A stretch of DNA of 64,000 nucleotides from Octopus sinensis (Eukaryota): NCBI RefSeq assembly GCF_006345805.1, contig NC_042997.1, positions 165,478,001 to 165,542,000 on the forward strand, given 5' to 3'. The notes beneath the pieces are model-generated. The model saw only the letters and a program-made list of their open reading frames with translations, did not search any database and was not told the origin of the DNA. Position numbers and translations under genes: made by a program. Below are positions 25,495 to 38,589 of the stretch, piece after piece. How positions within the stretch are numbered: position 1 is the first letter of the stretch; each line of letters begins with the position of its first letter.

Positions 25495-25700
25495 ACAAGG
25501 CCAATAAGTTCAGGAGAGGGGACAAGCTGATTTTATCAACTCCAGTACTCAACTGGTACTAATTTTACTGACCCTGAAAGGATCAGTAAAATTGGTAAAG
25601 TAGACCTTGGCAGAATTTGAACTCAAAATGTAATGGCAGACTAAATGTTACCGAGCATTTTGCATGGTGTACTAATGATTCTGCCAGCTTGATGCTTTAT
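25495..25700 (-). mobile_element. tRNA-head SINE, family 2
   Basis: Reverse complement of the 60262-60485 copy (gcagaatc..ttctgagttcaaattctgcc.aggtc.actt). Fragments also at ~48830, ~53650 and ~54870. Confidence 0.7.
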
Positions 25701-26714
25701 TGGGCAACATAATAATAGCTACTCTTTCATACATGAAAACTGTTGACATCATACAAGGAATGAGTAAGGATTAAGGCTTTGGAATTTTGGTATACAAATG
25801 ATGCAACTATTTGTACCACTGATTTTAGGAAACTTGACAGCTACCAGGTCACCTACAAATTTGGAAAATGCATAAAGTAGTTAGTCATACCCCCTATGAA
25901 ATGGGATGGACAAATAGTTTGTGAATACTTTGCCTAGTGAAGAATGTACAACTTGATATAGTCAAGAGTTAGATGGCATTAAATACACTAGGCGATCTAG
26001 AGAATAAAAGTATGGAAGCTGAAGGATCCTGCAGTCAAATATAGAATGAAGGAAGCACTAGTTTCTACATTTGACTAAAAGCAGATAATGAAATTTTTCT
26101 GAGACAACCTGCTATATGCCACAGCCAGATATGTTGATGAAATAGCATGAAATAGACTTGGTGGTGGAATGCTGCAGTTGATAGAAAAGAGGGAGTATAG
26201 AACAGTATCAAGCTACTAAAAGTGAGGTACACTAAGCATAGATGGGAAGCTAAAATTAAGTGGTTTGCCAATGTTCTTAGACAAGAGAATCAGAGAGGTA
26301 TGAAGTGATCTGGATTGCAAGTAGTGTGTCAGTGAGAATCAAGTCACTGGGAGTAAATTATGCACAGAGTGATAGCATTGCACTTATTGCTGGTACTAAG
26401 AAAAATGAGGAAAGGATAAGCTGTCACAAGTTGCTGAATGTGAAGAATGCATACAGAGAAAAGAGATGAACATAATCAGCTAGATGTTTAATGTTAGCGC
26501 ATATAAATGGATTGAACACAAATGAGCTGGTAGAAAAAAAAACAGGGTTTAAAATAGCAATCAGATGTGATATGCACAGGAAAAGATTGTGCTCATATGA
26601 ACATTTGATGGGTCAGAACCAGTAAAAAATAGTTACCTCAACAGATAACAAAGCTCTGCAACAAGTATTGAGAGATGTACCCAACACATGCAAGCACAAA
26701 AAATGGATGTCTGC

Positions 26715-26747
<33 letters not shown>

Positions 26748-26984
26748 CACATAAATATATGCATGCATATAAATAAGTATGCATATATCAAGACACCTAT
26801 GTATGCATCTATCATTACATATATCTATATATGCACACATACAGATATGCATATAGATAAACAGATATATCTGCATATGTATATGTATGCATATACACAC
26901 TCATTCTAATATGTGTGTATGCATATGTGTGTGTGTGCATATGTGTATGAATCAAATCATCATAAATTTATATGCGTTTTCTAA

Positions 26985-27600
26985 TATTTGCTGTTGTGGT
27001 CCCTTGTCATTCCCTTCATGAAGTTGGGCTTCTGATATCAGTCCACATCATTTTCTCCCAGTGTTTTCGTCTCTTGGATTGTTCAACATTTCTATACCCA
27101 ACAGTCACCCTTCATATGTGTCCTCTCTCTATACTAACTCAGTATTCTCTCTTGGTCACTACAGCTGATACTTCTTGTACTCATTTGCACTCCATTGTTT
27201 ATGCACACTAGCATTATTCAATCAAGGAAGCATGCTTGCCTCATTACTTTATGACCTTTGCACATCAGTCACATTTAAAGTGTGATACTGCTACTATGTA
27301 GCATTGCACTTTGTATGCAAGCATCATACGATCTGCATTTTACATGTAAAGGACATCCCTTTGTTACCAGTTCGATTATTATATCCGTGAACTTTTTTTT
27401 TATCCCTTTCTTACTTCAGATATTATGCTTTCTGTGCAGCCTCCTCCATTACAGTTTAAGTCATGTAGATAAGAGAAAGTATTAACTAGACCGGTAGATT
27501 GTTCTCTGTCAGTCTGTACTGCCACAGTATCTCTTGCACATTCACACCTTATATTAGGTACACTGTGTAGAAATCTTACCAATACCATTTCCATTTATTG
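26985..27600 (-). mobile_element. Old RTE ORF2 3' fragment
   Basis: Minus strand ..VNTFSYLHD.. and TKGCPLHVKCRSYDACIQSAMLH, homologous to the 38969 ORF. Confidence 0.6.
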
Positions 27601-29599
27601 ATCATAGCCACTTCCCAGGTTCACATAGTATTGAATTCCTAATGATATTGTTTCTGCTTATTAAACTTGGCCACTTCTCTGAATGCAGTGAAGTTATCTA
27701 TTTTTCCTTAATAATTTAGAAGTCTCACACTTTTTCATTTGATTCAGCTACAGGAATTAAGTTGTTTGCATGCAGTCAGCCAGTCCTCTGTTTTGGTCCG
27801 AGGTATTATAGTAAACTGTATGAGTATAAATATGAAGCCTTGATGTACATCTACCTGCTACCAAATTCCATATTGACCTCAATGATAACTTTTACCTTGC
27901 TGACAGCATCTCTGTTCAAAGCTTCCATGGTGCTCTTGAGCCATTTATTTTGACCTCCAGACAACAGAGCATGATACTTTGTCAATGAGTACTAGATGTT
28001 TGAGCTTGCACTTAGTTAACAACTTCTAAATAGTTGTTTCACAAATTAGTGTCAGTAGTAACTGCCTCTGGCACAAACCCAAATTGTAACTCATCTAAGT
28101 AATTTTGTTCCCCCATAGCTTTCCTATAACTTTTCCCATAGGTTCATAACTTGGTCCTTCAATTGTCCTCTGTAGTCATTTCTTTCAGAAGCAGCGTGTT
28201 TATCTTTGTAACAGTTGAGGATGATACTTTTACACCAGTCATTGTTGATGTCCCCTTCTTTGCTCTATCTAATATAACATGTGAATGACTAAGGTATGTC
28301 CTACTTGTCAAGTTTTGAGTATTTTCAGTGCCAACTGTGCTTGGTGGTTTGACTAGTTTCAAAGCCTTCATATGCTTAATGGCCCTTTCTATAATACAGC
28401 TGTAAAATATTTCATAACATTTCTATTTTTCATTCTTCTTGGCATCACTGAGGTTGACTTCACTGCTATCATCCCATAGACACTTTTCACCAACATTTGT
28501 GTGTTTGTACATATATTTATCCCTATGCCACATCAAGGACTCACCACTGTGTTGGACCTATGGTTTAAATTGGATTTGGTACTTGCATATTTATGGTGTC
28601 CTACCAACACTTGATGCCTTCAGTGTTGTTTATTTCACTGTAAGCTCTGCTATCATACCTAGCCTTCTGCCATTGTATATGAGTTGATGTGTCTTGATTC
28701 TCAAGAATCCTTATAACAAAATCATATATATATATAGAAGTGTAGAATCCATAGAAGTTCTTCTGTGTTCCTTTCTGTGGAAGAGCGTAGGCTTGAAACA
28801 TCAAAGACTTTTTCACTTCCCGAGCATTATACTAATACATCTGTTTGTTGTCTACACCACCTGTCTTCGTCTTTTGTGTTTTTTATGAATTCTCCCTATA
28901 TATATATATAAAATATACATTATGGAACTTATTTTAACGTGTTATATCTATTTATCAGCTGAAGAGACACATCTGCACCACTGGATGCTCTTGAACCAGT
29001 TGTCGAGTATCCCACCCATGAGGGATCAATGCTAGATGTGTTGAAACAATTGTTATGATTAATAGAAATTCTCATATCTTCCATCTTTCATTTACCATGC
29101 ATATACGTATATATATAAAATATATATGCATGCATATGTACATACATATAAGTATGCATATTTGATACATTGCTGTGTAATCTAGAACAAGTTATGCCTG
29201 TGATTCTATCATTGCAGAACATCAACAAATCTCTTAATTCCATCTTATTTTACTAAGAATACCTTACATCTAGCTTTTTTTTTCCTAGCTATCTAATATT
29301 GTTCTTTACCATGTTTTCTTTCATTCTTTGCAGTTCAGTCTTTCAGCTTTTATAGCTCTATCTACTGTACTACTCCACCACAAACTCCTACCTAGTTTGA
29401 AGCTTGACTTTTATGTTGTAAGTCTTCATCATCTCATTTTAGCTGTAGATATCAACTAACCTAATATTTCTCAGAACTTAGATATAGCTAAAGGATATTT
29501 TCATCTCCCATAGCTTCCTACTCCAGACTGTTTTGTACCTCTGAGTCTGTTTAATTTTTATCTGCATACCACTAATCACTGTTCTGTTGAGTGATTACA

Positions 29600-29779
29600 G
29601 GTAAGTTTACTGCCATCAATCAATTCATCATGAAGAAAGTTGACTGTGAGGAAAGTTCGCCAAGAAAATATGTCCATAGTATCTCACCATTAACAGTTAT
29701 AAACTATTTTATTGAAAAAATAAGTTAAATTAATGACAGTGAACTTTCTCTGCAGTGAATTGATAACAGTGAACTTACC
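29600..29779. mobile_element. Short MITE-like element
   Basis: ggtaagtttactgccatc pairs with gataacagtgaacttacc as an imperfect terminal inverted repeat. Confidence 0.4.
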
Positions 29780-30929
29780 GGACATGTTGCTGAGAGGTAC
29801 ATTCTTCACTAGGAAAGACTTGGTACTCACAACTATTTGTCTATCTCATTTCCTGGTTGATATGATGTTCACGTGATTGATAGGTGATCAGATGACTGTC
29901 GGGTTTCCTGAAGCTAATGTTACAAATAGTTTGATCATTTATGTCACAGAACTCCAAGAGCCTTGACCCCACCTTCATTCCTTGTGCCATATCTATAACC
30001 ACCTTTTATCAGAGTAGCCAATTTGGTATTTCCAGTATGCCCATTAAAGTCACCAGCTGTGATAATGAAGATGTTGTCATGTACTATGGAGGTATTTCAC
30101 AAAAAAAATATAATAATAAAAAACACACAGAATGTCCTTTTACTCACCACTCAGTTCTGATTATAGTACATATTTAAAGATCACGGTTTCTATTGTGTTA
30201 CCTACAACTGGTTGAAGCTTACTTATTTCTTTTACTCTTAATTATCTTAATTACTCAGTCCATTTTCTATATACAATATGTCTTTACTTTACTCATCCAG
30301 AAGAATATCTACCTTGTTCCTTGCCTACAAAGAATCCAGCTGAAGCTCCCATGAACATACTCCTTGTACACTGTACACATCTCATCTCATCACTCTAGTA
30401 ACTTAACAATCATTCTGCACCTATCTTTCATCATACCAAAGTTGGTAGTGACATTTCTGAAGTTTTGCATCTGTCAGGAAGAGCTTTATATATACATACA
30501 CATCGCACACGTGCACAGATGTACACACACATTCATTCATTCATTCACTCACTCACCATGACTTGATTTTCCGGCTTGGTTGTTTGGTTAAGAAGTGTAT
30601 TTCACAACCACATGGTTTCCAATGTGATATTATTGCATGTCATCTTGGGCAAATGTCTTCATAGTCTCTGATTGACTGAAATTGGCATGCTAAAGCTGTG
30701 GAGGTCCATTTTATGTATTAGATAAACAGATGAATTCAATAAATAGCCCAATAAAAATATAATAAAGCAAAGTTCCCAAATTTTCATCTATACACATAAA
30801 CACTTGACCACAAGAAATAACCAATAAAGAGGCACCAAAATAGAGGTACTGCATACACAAACAAGAAACTATAACCACACCAACAAATATGAATAAACCA
30901 CCACATCAAGTTACAATAGCTTTTACCTA

Positions 30930-31430
30930 AAGATATAGAAACTATAACTGGCTTCTGAAAGTGACATTGTACTGGATATAATGCCACTGTTATCCATCAT
31001 GTGCCAATCCAGTTCATACAACACAAGTCAGTTCACACAGTACCTGACATTTATGATGCTGCCAACTTTTCAACGGAATTTATTGATTCTCCTTAGCACT
31101 GGTGTCCCTCTTCACAACCTGCTACAAAAGTTGGATACAAAATCTGCACTAAAACTAAGTAATGATTCAAAATGCTCACACACTTATGCTGCATTTGATC
31201 AGAACCGAAGTCTCTATTTTGACTGGTTGTTCCAAGGGAGATATTTACATTTCACACATTTACCCCATCCCATCAGACATGCTATTTCTATTCAAGCTCT
31301 TTCAGTTTCCAGTGACACTATCTTTGCCTCTGATCATTAACAACTCTCAGAGGCAGTTGGTCAGAATTGCTAGTGTTAAGCTGACAAGTCTATGTCTCCC
31401 TCATGGTCAGCTCCATGCAGATAACTTTTT
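30930..31430 (+). mobile_element. Helitron Rep/Hel C-terminal (PIF1-like helicase) remnant
   Basis: EVSILTGCSKGDIYISHIYPIPSDMLFLFKLFQFPVTLSLPLIINNSQRQL..CLPHGQLHA aligns with the Helitron motif IEATILTG..KGE.VFIPRIP.IPSD.PF.FKRLQFPV.LAFA..INKSQGQ..CFSHGQLYVA. Confidence 0.78.
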
Positions 31431-31676
31431 ATCTGAGCACCAAACCACAGAACAAGAAACGTTGTCTCTTCAGATCTCTTGCCGAACGAAACACTTCTTA
31501 AAACTGTTTCTGCTTTATGCATTGCATATCAGTTTAGAATTACAAGAAAAAGTAAAACAAATAGGTAGTATTTTCTTAAGTCACACATTTAAAATTATCA
31601 ATAAACACAGCCTTGAAGGTTTCATACTTCATAGAAACCCGAAAAATTTCAAATTGAGGTATGTCTGTGTATTCAT

Positions 31677-33155
31677 CATCATCATTTAACATCCGTTCTC
31701 CATGCTAGCATGGGTTAGATGGTTCGACCGGGGATCTGGAAAGCCAGAAGGCTGCACCAGGCTCCAGTCTGATCTGGCAGTGTTTCTACAGCTGGATGCC
31801 CTTCCTAACGCCAACCACTCCGTGAGTGTAGTGGATGCTTTTTACGTGCCACCGGCACAGGTGCCAGGCAAGGCTGGCAACGGCCACGATTGGATTGGTG
31901 CTTTTTACGTGTCACCGGCACGGAAGCCAGTCAAGGCGGAGCTGGCATCGGCCACATGTGGATGGTGCTTTTTACGTGCCACCAGCACGGAAGCCAGTCA
32001 AGGCTGTGCTGGCATCGGCCACGTTCGGATGGTGCTTTTTACGTGCCACCGGCACAGGGATCTCAACTACTGTTTCCATTGATTTTTGATGTTGGTGTAC
32101 TTGACTCAATAGATCTCCTCAAACACAGGGTTGAAACAGTGTTTCTTTACTTGCCACCTGCACAGGAGTCAGTACAGCGGCACTGGCAACTGCCGGGTGC
32201 CAGTCATTGGATTGGTTCAATTTCGATTCCGATTTCACTTGCCCCAACAGGTCTTCACAAGCAGAGTTTTGTGTCCAATGAAGGGAGGTTGGCATGGGTG
32301 CCAGTCGTTGGATGAGGTTCGATTTCGACTTCACTTGCCTCAACAGGTCTTCGCGTGTCCAAGAAAGGAAAGGCATGCATAAGTGGGCTGGCTATATCCC
32401 TTGCAAGGGACACGGGATGGACTCACTTGTCCTGCCGGGTCTTCTCACGCACATCATATTTCCAAAGGTCTCGGTCACTAGTCATTGCTTTGGTGAGGCC
32501 TAAAGTTCGAAGTTTTCCTGGGTCTACCTCTTCCACGGGTTCCCTCAACCGCTAGGGATTGGCACTTTTTCACACACCTTTCTTCATCCATTCTCGCCAC
32601 ATGACCATACCAGTGCAATCATCTCTCTTGCACACCACAGCTGATGCTTCTTAGGTCCAACTTTTCTCTCAAGGTACTTACACTCTGTCGAGTATCTACA
32701 CTGACATTACACATCCATCGGAGCATTCTGGCTTCATTCCTCGTGAACTTATGCATGTCCTCAGCAGTCATGGCCCATGTTTCACTGCCATGTAGCATGG
32801 CTGTTCGTACACATGCATCATACAGTCTGCCTTTTACTCTGAGCGAGAGACCTTTATTTACCAGCAGAAGTAAGAGCTCCCTGAACTTTGCCCGGGCTAT
32901 TCTTACACTAGCAGTTACACTTTCAGCACACCCACCCCCGCTACTGACTTGGTCACCTTGGTAACGGAAGCTATCAACTACTTCTAGTTTTTTCCCCTGG
33001 AAAGTGACGGAAGTTGTTTTCTGCAGATTTTGAGGTTTTTTTGCTCCTGAGCATCTGCCACATACAAAAACTATCTTCCCAGTTAGCCTTCCTTTGACAT
33101 TGCTGCACCTCTTATGTGTCCATAGCTTACACTGGGTACATGCTTACACTGGGTA
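31677..33155 (-). mobile_element. RTE LINE 3' fragment (ORF2 C-terminus plus full 3' UTR)
   Basis: 32520-33155 is homologous to the 38969 ORF. 31677-32520 is UTR with GTGCCACCGGCAC repeats and a (GAT)n tail. Confidence 0.9.
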
Positions 33156-33360
33156 AACAAATATTCGAAAATAATTACTTAGAAAAAGTATTGCATTCAA
33201 CTTTGCTTTAAGTTAAATCATTTCAGTTTAACAAATAGAAAAGTTTCTACATATTACACACTTGGGCAACATCAAATATCTCTGCTAGTGTGTGTGTCTA
33301 ATATATATATATAAAACATGGAACATGGACATTAGATGATGATGATATATAATATATATA

Positions 33361-33400
<40 letters not shown>

Positions 33401-34107
33401 TATATGTTATATACATAATACACACAGAGACACGTCACTTTACATTCATTTTCCTACACTGGCCTGTTTTGGATAGTTTCCTGAAGTACACCATCCTCCT
33501 ACTTGTTGCTATCTATTGTTGTCTCGTTCATGAAGTCCAGTTTCCTGAAATCAAACTTCACCACATTTCATACCCTTCTCTAGTGCTGGTTTCTTCTAAC
33601 TGTCATTTTTCATTTTCATTACATATTCACACCAGAGTAGTCTTCTATCTTGCACACTACAGCTGATGTTTTTGGGGGTTTTTTTTTAATTCTTTCTCTG
33701 TTCACTGTATGCTTTGTCAGTCATTCATGCTCATGTTTCACTACCATGTACACAAGCATCATACAATTTACTCTTTGTTCAAAGAGAGAAGTCCTAGGTT
33801 GCGAACAAACATACTAGTTCTTGGAATTTTTCCCTACTCCATCTTTACTTTGTTACTTTGGTTATTATGTTTTGACAACATCCTACTCTATTGTTAATTA
33901 GGTCATCTAAATAACAAGCTATCAGCTATTTCTTGTGGACTTTTGAAAATGGTGCCTTTTAATATAAAATTGAAAGATTTCATCTTGTTTGTAGTCTTAC
34001 AGTACCTTTTGTGTACCAGTTGTTTCCATTGTATACCTACTGTATTTTCTGGTATAAAAGTCCATATATGTTTAAAGACATTCAAACATCATTTACCATC
34101 TTTTCAA

Positions 34108-34328
34108 TCCTTTAGCATTTAAATTGACCATATCTGGCCCAAATATTTTGTCTGTTTTATGTTCAAACCAGCCAGATCTGATCTCTCACACCTACCCTAC
34201 AATGTCATTCTAAAAATGTGACAATTACGTTATTGAACTATGGAAGCGACAAGATAATACCTAATTAATTCAAAACAATGTGAATAAATAAGCTTTACAT
34301 TTGACAGAAAAATTTGAATACTAAAGGG
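34108..34328. mobile_element. piggyBac-type MITE, second family
   Basis: t(c)aa|tcctttagcattt ... aatactaaaggg|ttaa. Confidence 0.6.
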
Positions 34329-34579
34329 TTAAATATTGCTGCATTTCACATAGAATCTTTGGTCCTCCAAAGTTGTCTAAGTTAAACTTTTTTTTTTTTT
34401 TTACTCTAAATTTTAGTCTGAAAAATTAAACTTCTGATGGAAAATACAGTGCTCCTTTTCAGAATATTGAGAATGGCTATTCCTCTGTTAGAAATAATGT
34501 TGTTTTCTTTCATGCTAAAACTTTCACATTTGCTAAATTAGCCTATAGACCTCTTGATTCACTTTTGTTAGTTTAACTT

Positions 34580-34880
34580 GTAGGCCTTAGAACTATTTTT
34601 CCGACTGATGTGGCTATGAGAAAAATGGGTCATTGACAAACAGGAGTTTTCAAGAGCAGACAGTCTTAAACCCTTCTGTTATGGCCTTCTGAACTATAAT
34701 AAACATGATGGAGCTCCAACAGCCGAACCTTCATTGACACCTAACAGCAAGCTAAATTTCTCACTGAATTTATTTCTGTCACCATGGTGATAGCACTTAT
34801 GTACATCACTTGCAACCACCAGATTGTAGAGTGTAATATTGTCAAAAGCTTTTTACTGGCCATTGGATGGTGCTCTCTCT
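34580..34880 (-). mobile_element. Degraded RTE RT fragment
   Basis: Minus strand ..LGVNEGSAVG..aaggccataacagaagggtttaagac.. aligns with GVHQG..QAITEEFKTG of the 38590 copy. Confidence 0.45.
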
Positions 34881-35224
34881 TTTAGTATATAAATGCATCT
34901 TTAACCAAAAGTATTAATTGAAATTATGATTGTATTTGTCAGAGTGTAATTGAATTCATTAAAAACTCTTCGACATTGTCAGGTCCAGTGGCCAACCTAC
35001 TTGGTTTGAAGCAACTTGGAGATGATTTTACACTTGGTGTATATGTGTATGTAGTGAGGAGCCTGGTAAAATGAAAAGCTGTATTTTATTTTTTGCATTG
35101 TTAAAACTTTCTGCTCTCTTTCTCTAATTTATACCATCATCATTTAACTTTCACTTTTTCTTGCTTGCATGGGGTCAAACAGTATCTGTTGAGGCAGATT
35201 TTGAACAGTTGAATATAATTTGTG

Positions 35225-35255
<31 letters not shown>

Positions 35256-35619
35256 CTTTTACTTGTTTCAGTTGTTTCACTGTGGCCATGCTGGGCCATT
35301 GCCATTAAGGGTTTTAGTCAAACAGATTGACTCTAGGACTTTTTAAAAGTCTAGTAATTAGTCTATCAGTCACTTTTGTGATGGTGAGGAGACAAACACA
35401 GACACACAAAAACATGCATACATATATATATATATGATGGGCTTCTTTCAGTTTCCATCCACCAAATCCACTCACAAGGCTTTGGTCAGCCCGACGCTAT
35501 AGTAGAAGACACTTGCCCAATTGATGTAATATATATATATATATATATTGTGTGTGTGTGTATATATATAATGTGTGTGTGTGTATATATATATAATGTA
35601 TATATATATAAAATAAATG

Positions 35620-35861
35620 CGTCCTTTTAAAGCCTAGTGAGGCTTATGGGCCCGGTTTCCTAGTTTCTATGGTGTACGTGTTCCCCAGCTGGACGGGACG
35701 CCAGTCCATCGCAGCATTACTCACTTTTGCCAGCTGGGTGGACTCGAGCAACATGAAGTGAAGTGTTTTGCTCAAGAACACGTGTCGACCAGTCCAGGAA
35801 TCAAAACCACAATTTTACGATCATGATGCTGACACCCTAACCACTAAGCCACGTGCCTCCA

Positions 35862-35862
<1 letters not shown>
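35620..35862 (-). mobile_element. tRNA-head SINE carrying a V-domain-like segment
   Basis: A box gtggcttagtggttagg, B-box-like gttttgattcc, then gctgcgatggactggcgtcccgtccag. Confidence 0.65.
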
Positions 35863-35900
<38 letters not shown>

Positions 35901-36217
35901 TAAATTAGAGATAAAACTACTACTAGGCAAATCAAACAGTGAAAATCATAAGCCAATACATAGAAATAAAATTAATTAAAAAATATATAAAAAATATAAA
36001 ATATAAAAATCCAATTAAAATATTTAAATTAAAATTAAAAATTTTTTAAATTATTTAAATTAATAATTTAAACTTATAAATTATAAATATATATATATAT
36101 TTTTATTATTATTTAATTTAATTATTTTTTTTATTTTTTTTATATTTTTATATTTATTTATTTATTTTTTTATAAACTATCAAAGAGTATTAAAAGTTTA
36201 ATAAGATAATATATACA

Positions 36218-36252
<35 letters not shown>

Positions 36253-36254
36253 CC

Positions 36255-36970
36255 CCTACCTGGGACGTAGTCAGTCCACCTGTGCATACCTTCCTTCTTG
36301 TGACACTTGTGAAGACCTGTTGAGGCAAGTGAAAATCAAATCAAATCAAAACAAATCAAAATAGATGAACATCAATGGAATTTGTATCTTTGTGGTACCA
36401 GTGCCGGTGGCACGTGGCACATAAGAAAACCATCCGAACGTGGCCGTAGCCAGTACCGCATCGACTGGCCTCCGTGCTGTGGGCACGTAACAAGCACCAT
36501 CCGATCGTGGTCGTTTGCCAGCCTCATCTGGCACCTGTGTCGGTGGCACATAAAAAACACCATCCGAGCGTGGCCGTCTGCCAGCCTCGTCTGGCACCTG
36601 TGTCGGTGGCACATAAAAAACACCATCCGAGCGTGGCCGTCTGCCAGCCTCGTCTGGCACCTGTGTCGGTGGCACATAAAAAACACCATCCGAGCGTGGC
36701 CGTCTGCCAGCCTCGTCTGGCACCTGTGTCGGTGGCACATAAAAAACACCATCCGAGCGTGGCCGTTTGTCAGCCTCGTCTGGCACCTGTGTCGGTGGCA
36801 CATAAAATCACCCACTACACTCTCGGAGTGGTTGGCGTTAGGAAGGGCATCCAGCTGTAGAAACACTGCCAGATCTGACTGGACTGGTGCAGCTTTCGGG
36901 CTCCCCAGACCCCAGTTGAACCGTCCAACCCATGCTAGCATGGAAAGCGGACGTTAAATGATGATGATAT
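36255..36970 (+). mobile_element. RTE 3'-UTR-derived element with an internal 63-bp tandem array (~36403-36810)
   Basis: cggtggcacataaaa recurs at 36541, 36604, 36667, 36730 and 36793. Shares the RTE tail and (GAT)n end. Confidence 0.9.
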
Positions 36971-37029
36971 AAAGATATATATATATATATATAAAGATAT
37001 ATATATATAATATATATATATATATATAA

Positions 37030-37310
37030 TATGCCGCCTCGACTGGCTTCCGTGCAGGTGGCACGTAAAATGCACCAATCCGACCGTGGCCGATGCCAGC
37101 CTCGCCTGGCACCAGTGCAGGTGGCATGTAAAAAGCACCCACTACACTCACAGAGTGGTTGGCATTAGGAAGGCATCCAGCTGTAGAAACATTGCCAGAT
37201 AAGACCGGAGCCTGGTGCAGCCTTCTGGTTTCCCAGATCCCTGGTCGAACCGTCCAACCCATGCTAGCATGGAGAACGGACGTTAAACGATGATGATGAT
37301 GATGATGATA
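37030..37310 (+). mobile_element. Short RTE 3'-UTR copy
   Basis: Same tail, ending gttaaacgatgatgatgat; begins at a TA microsatellite. Confidence 0.85.
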
Positions 37311-38589
37311 TATAATGTATATTTAAATACTAGCAGTAAAACCTGTCGTTGATCAGGTAATTACTTTTACTGTTTATCTGGAGCCACATTGAATTCATTA
37401 TTATATGTATAATTTACTCCTCCTGTATGTGTACATTTTTAGAAGAGAAAATTATGCAATAATTGAAGTAGAAGAAAGATCAATATCATTCTTTGTTGGC
37501 TATCTGTTTGCAGTTTCTTGTGTTGTTTCTTGCATATGATGTGATGCTTTTCGAAGACAATCAGCTGTAAATTATACATGTCTTTTGTCTTCGTTTTCTG
37601 CTGCACATCAAGTTGTCATCCTTTTTTTGCAAGTGGTGCATTTCGTTGATGTCCAGTTTCAGATGCACGGTGAGCTTTCGTTCTCTGTCACTGATCTGCA
37701 AGTCATGCGCATATCTCATCTTTTCTGATGCACATCGTGCATTTATTTGGTGTTTGTTTTGTGATGGTCTTTTTTTTTTATGAGACATTTTTTTGATAAT
37801 ACATATCAGTAAGTAATAGTGAAATGAAATTTGGACGCTATGTTACAGTAATGCAAGGAGAATAGGTATATCATATAGAAAAATAGCTTAAGGGAATGAG
37901 AAATGTTTTTAATAAGGAATATTAGTAAGTTGTAGTGAAATGAAAGTACAAATGATGTGTAAATATCAGTAAGAAATAGTTAAATGAATTTACAAATGCT
38001 GAATGGTGTCAGTGTTTTTGCTGAAATTCCGACGCTATATTACAGAAATGCAAGGGAAGGGCGTTGTGTGGTTGTCCTTTTGCTGGTGTGTTGATGATTT
38101 TCATTTCACTGTGAATTTGTGTCTGTTTGTATATGGTTTCACTGTCAGATTGCCTCTGCTTGTGTGAAAGAAATTTGTATATTTATATCTGAATGGAGAA
38201 GTTAGAAAAATAGGTTTATCTGAAACATAAATGAATATACATGTGTGTATGTGTTCTTTTAGAGAGAGAGAAAGAGAGACACAGATAAAAAAAATAGCAG
38301 CTCCATTTCTTTAGAATTCTTTAGAAAACATCCACTCTTATAATTTATTATTTTTTTCTTTCTTTTCACCTCTTACTTGTTTCAGTTATTAGATTGTGAC
38401 CATGACCTTGTAGAAATTTTAGTTGGACGTATTGACCTCAGAGTGGTTTTTTTAAATTTTTATTTGTGGCAGTCATTAGAGAGAGAGTGATTGACTGTGT
38501 TTAATTGTTCAGAGCAGACCATCCTTGAATAAATAAATGAATAAATATATATATATTGTGCCAAGTAGAAGCACCACTGATGCTATATT

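Noticed and set aside
28955-29060. Two tandem hammerhead-like traces (CTGAAGA..gaaccagttgtc; cccatga..GAAACAATTGTT)
   Set aside because: Helix I and II pairing are too degraded to support, although the TA-flanked context resembles the reported modules.
36346-36957. Four overlapping ORFs of 128-191 aa, and a CRISPR-like look of the array
   Set aside because: A 63-bp stop-poor tandem unit explains the ORFs. The units are contiguous with no unique spacers, and there are no cas genes.
37561-37788. Minus ORF region with CTTCKK, possibly a piggyBac C-terminal Cys-rich domain
   Set aside because: Only one CxxC is readable, the frames are broken and no DDD domain is nearby.
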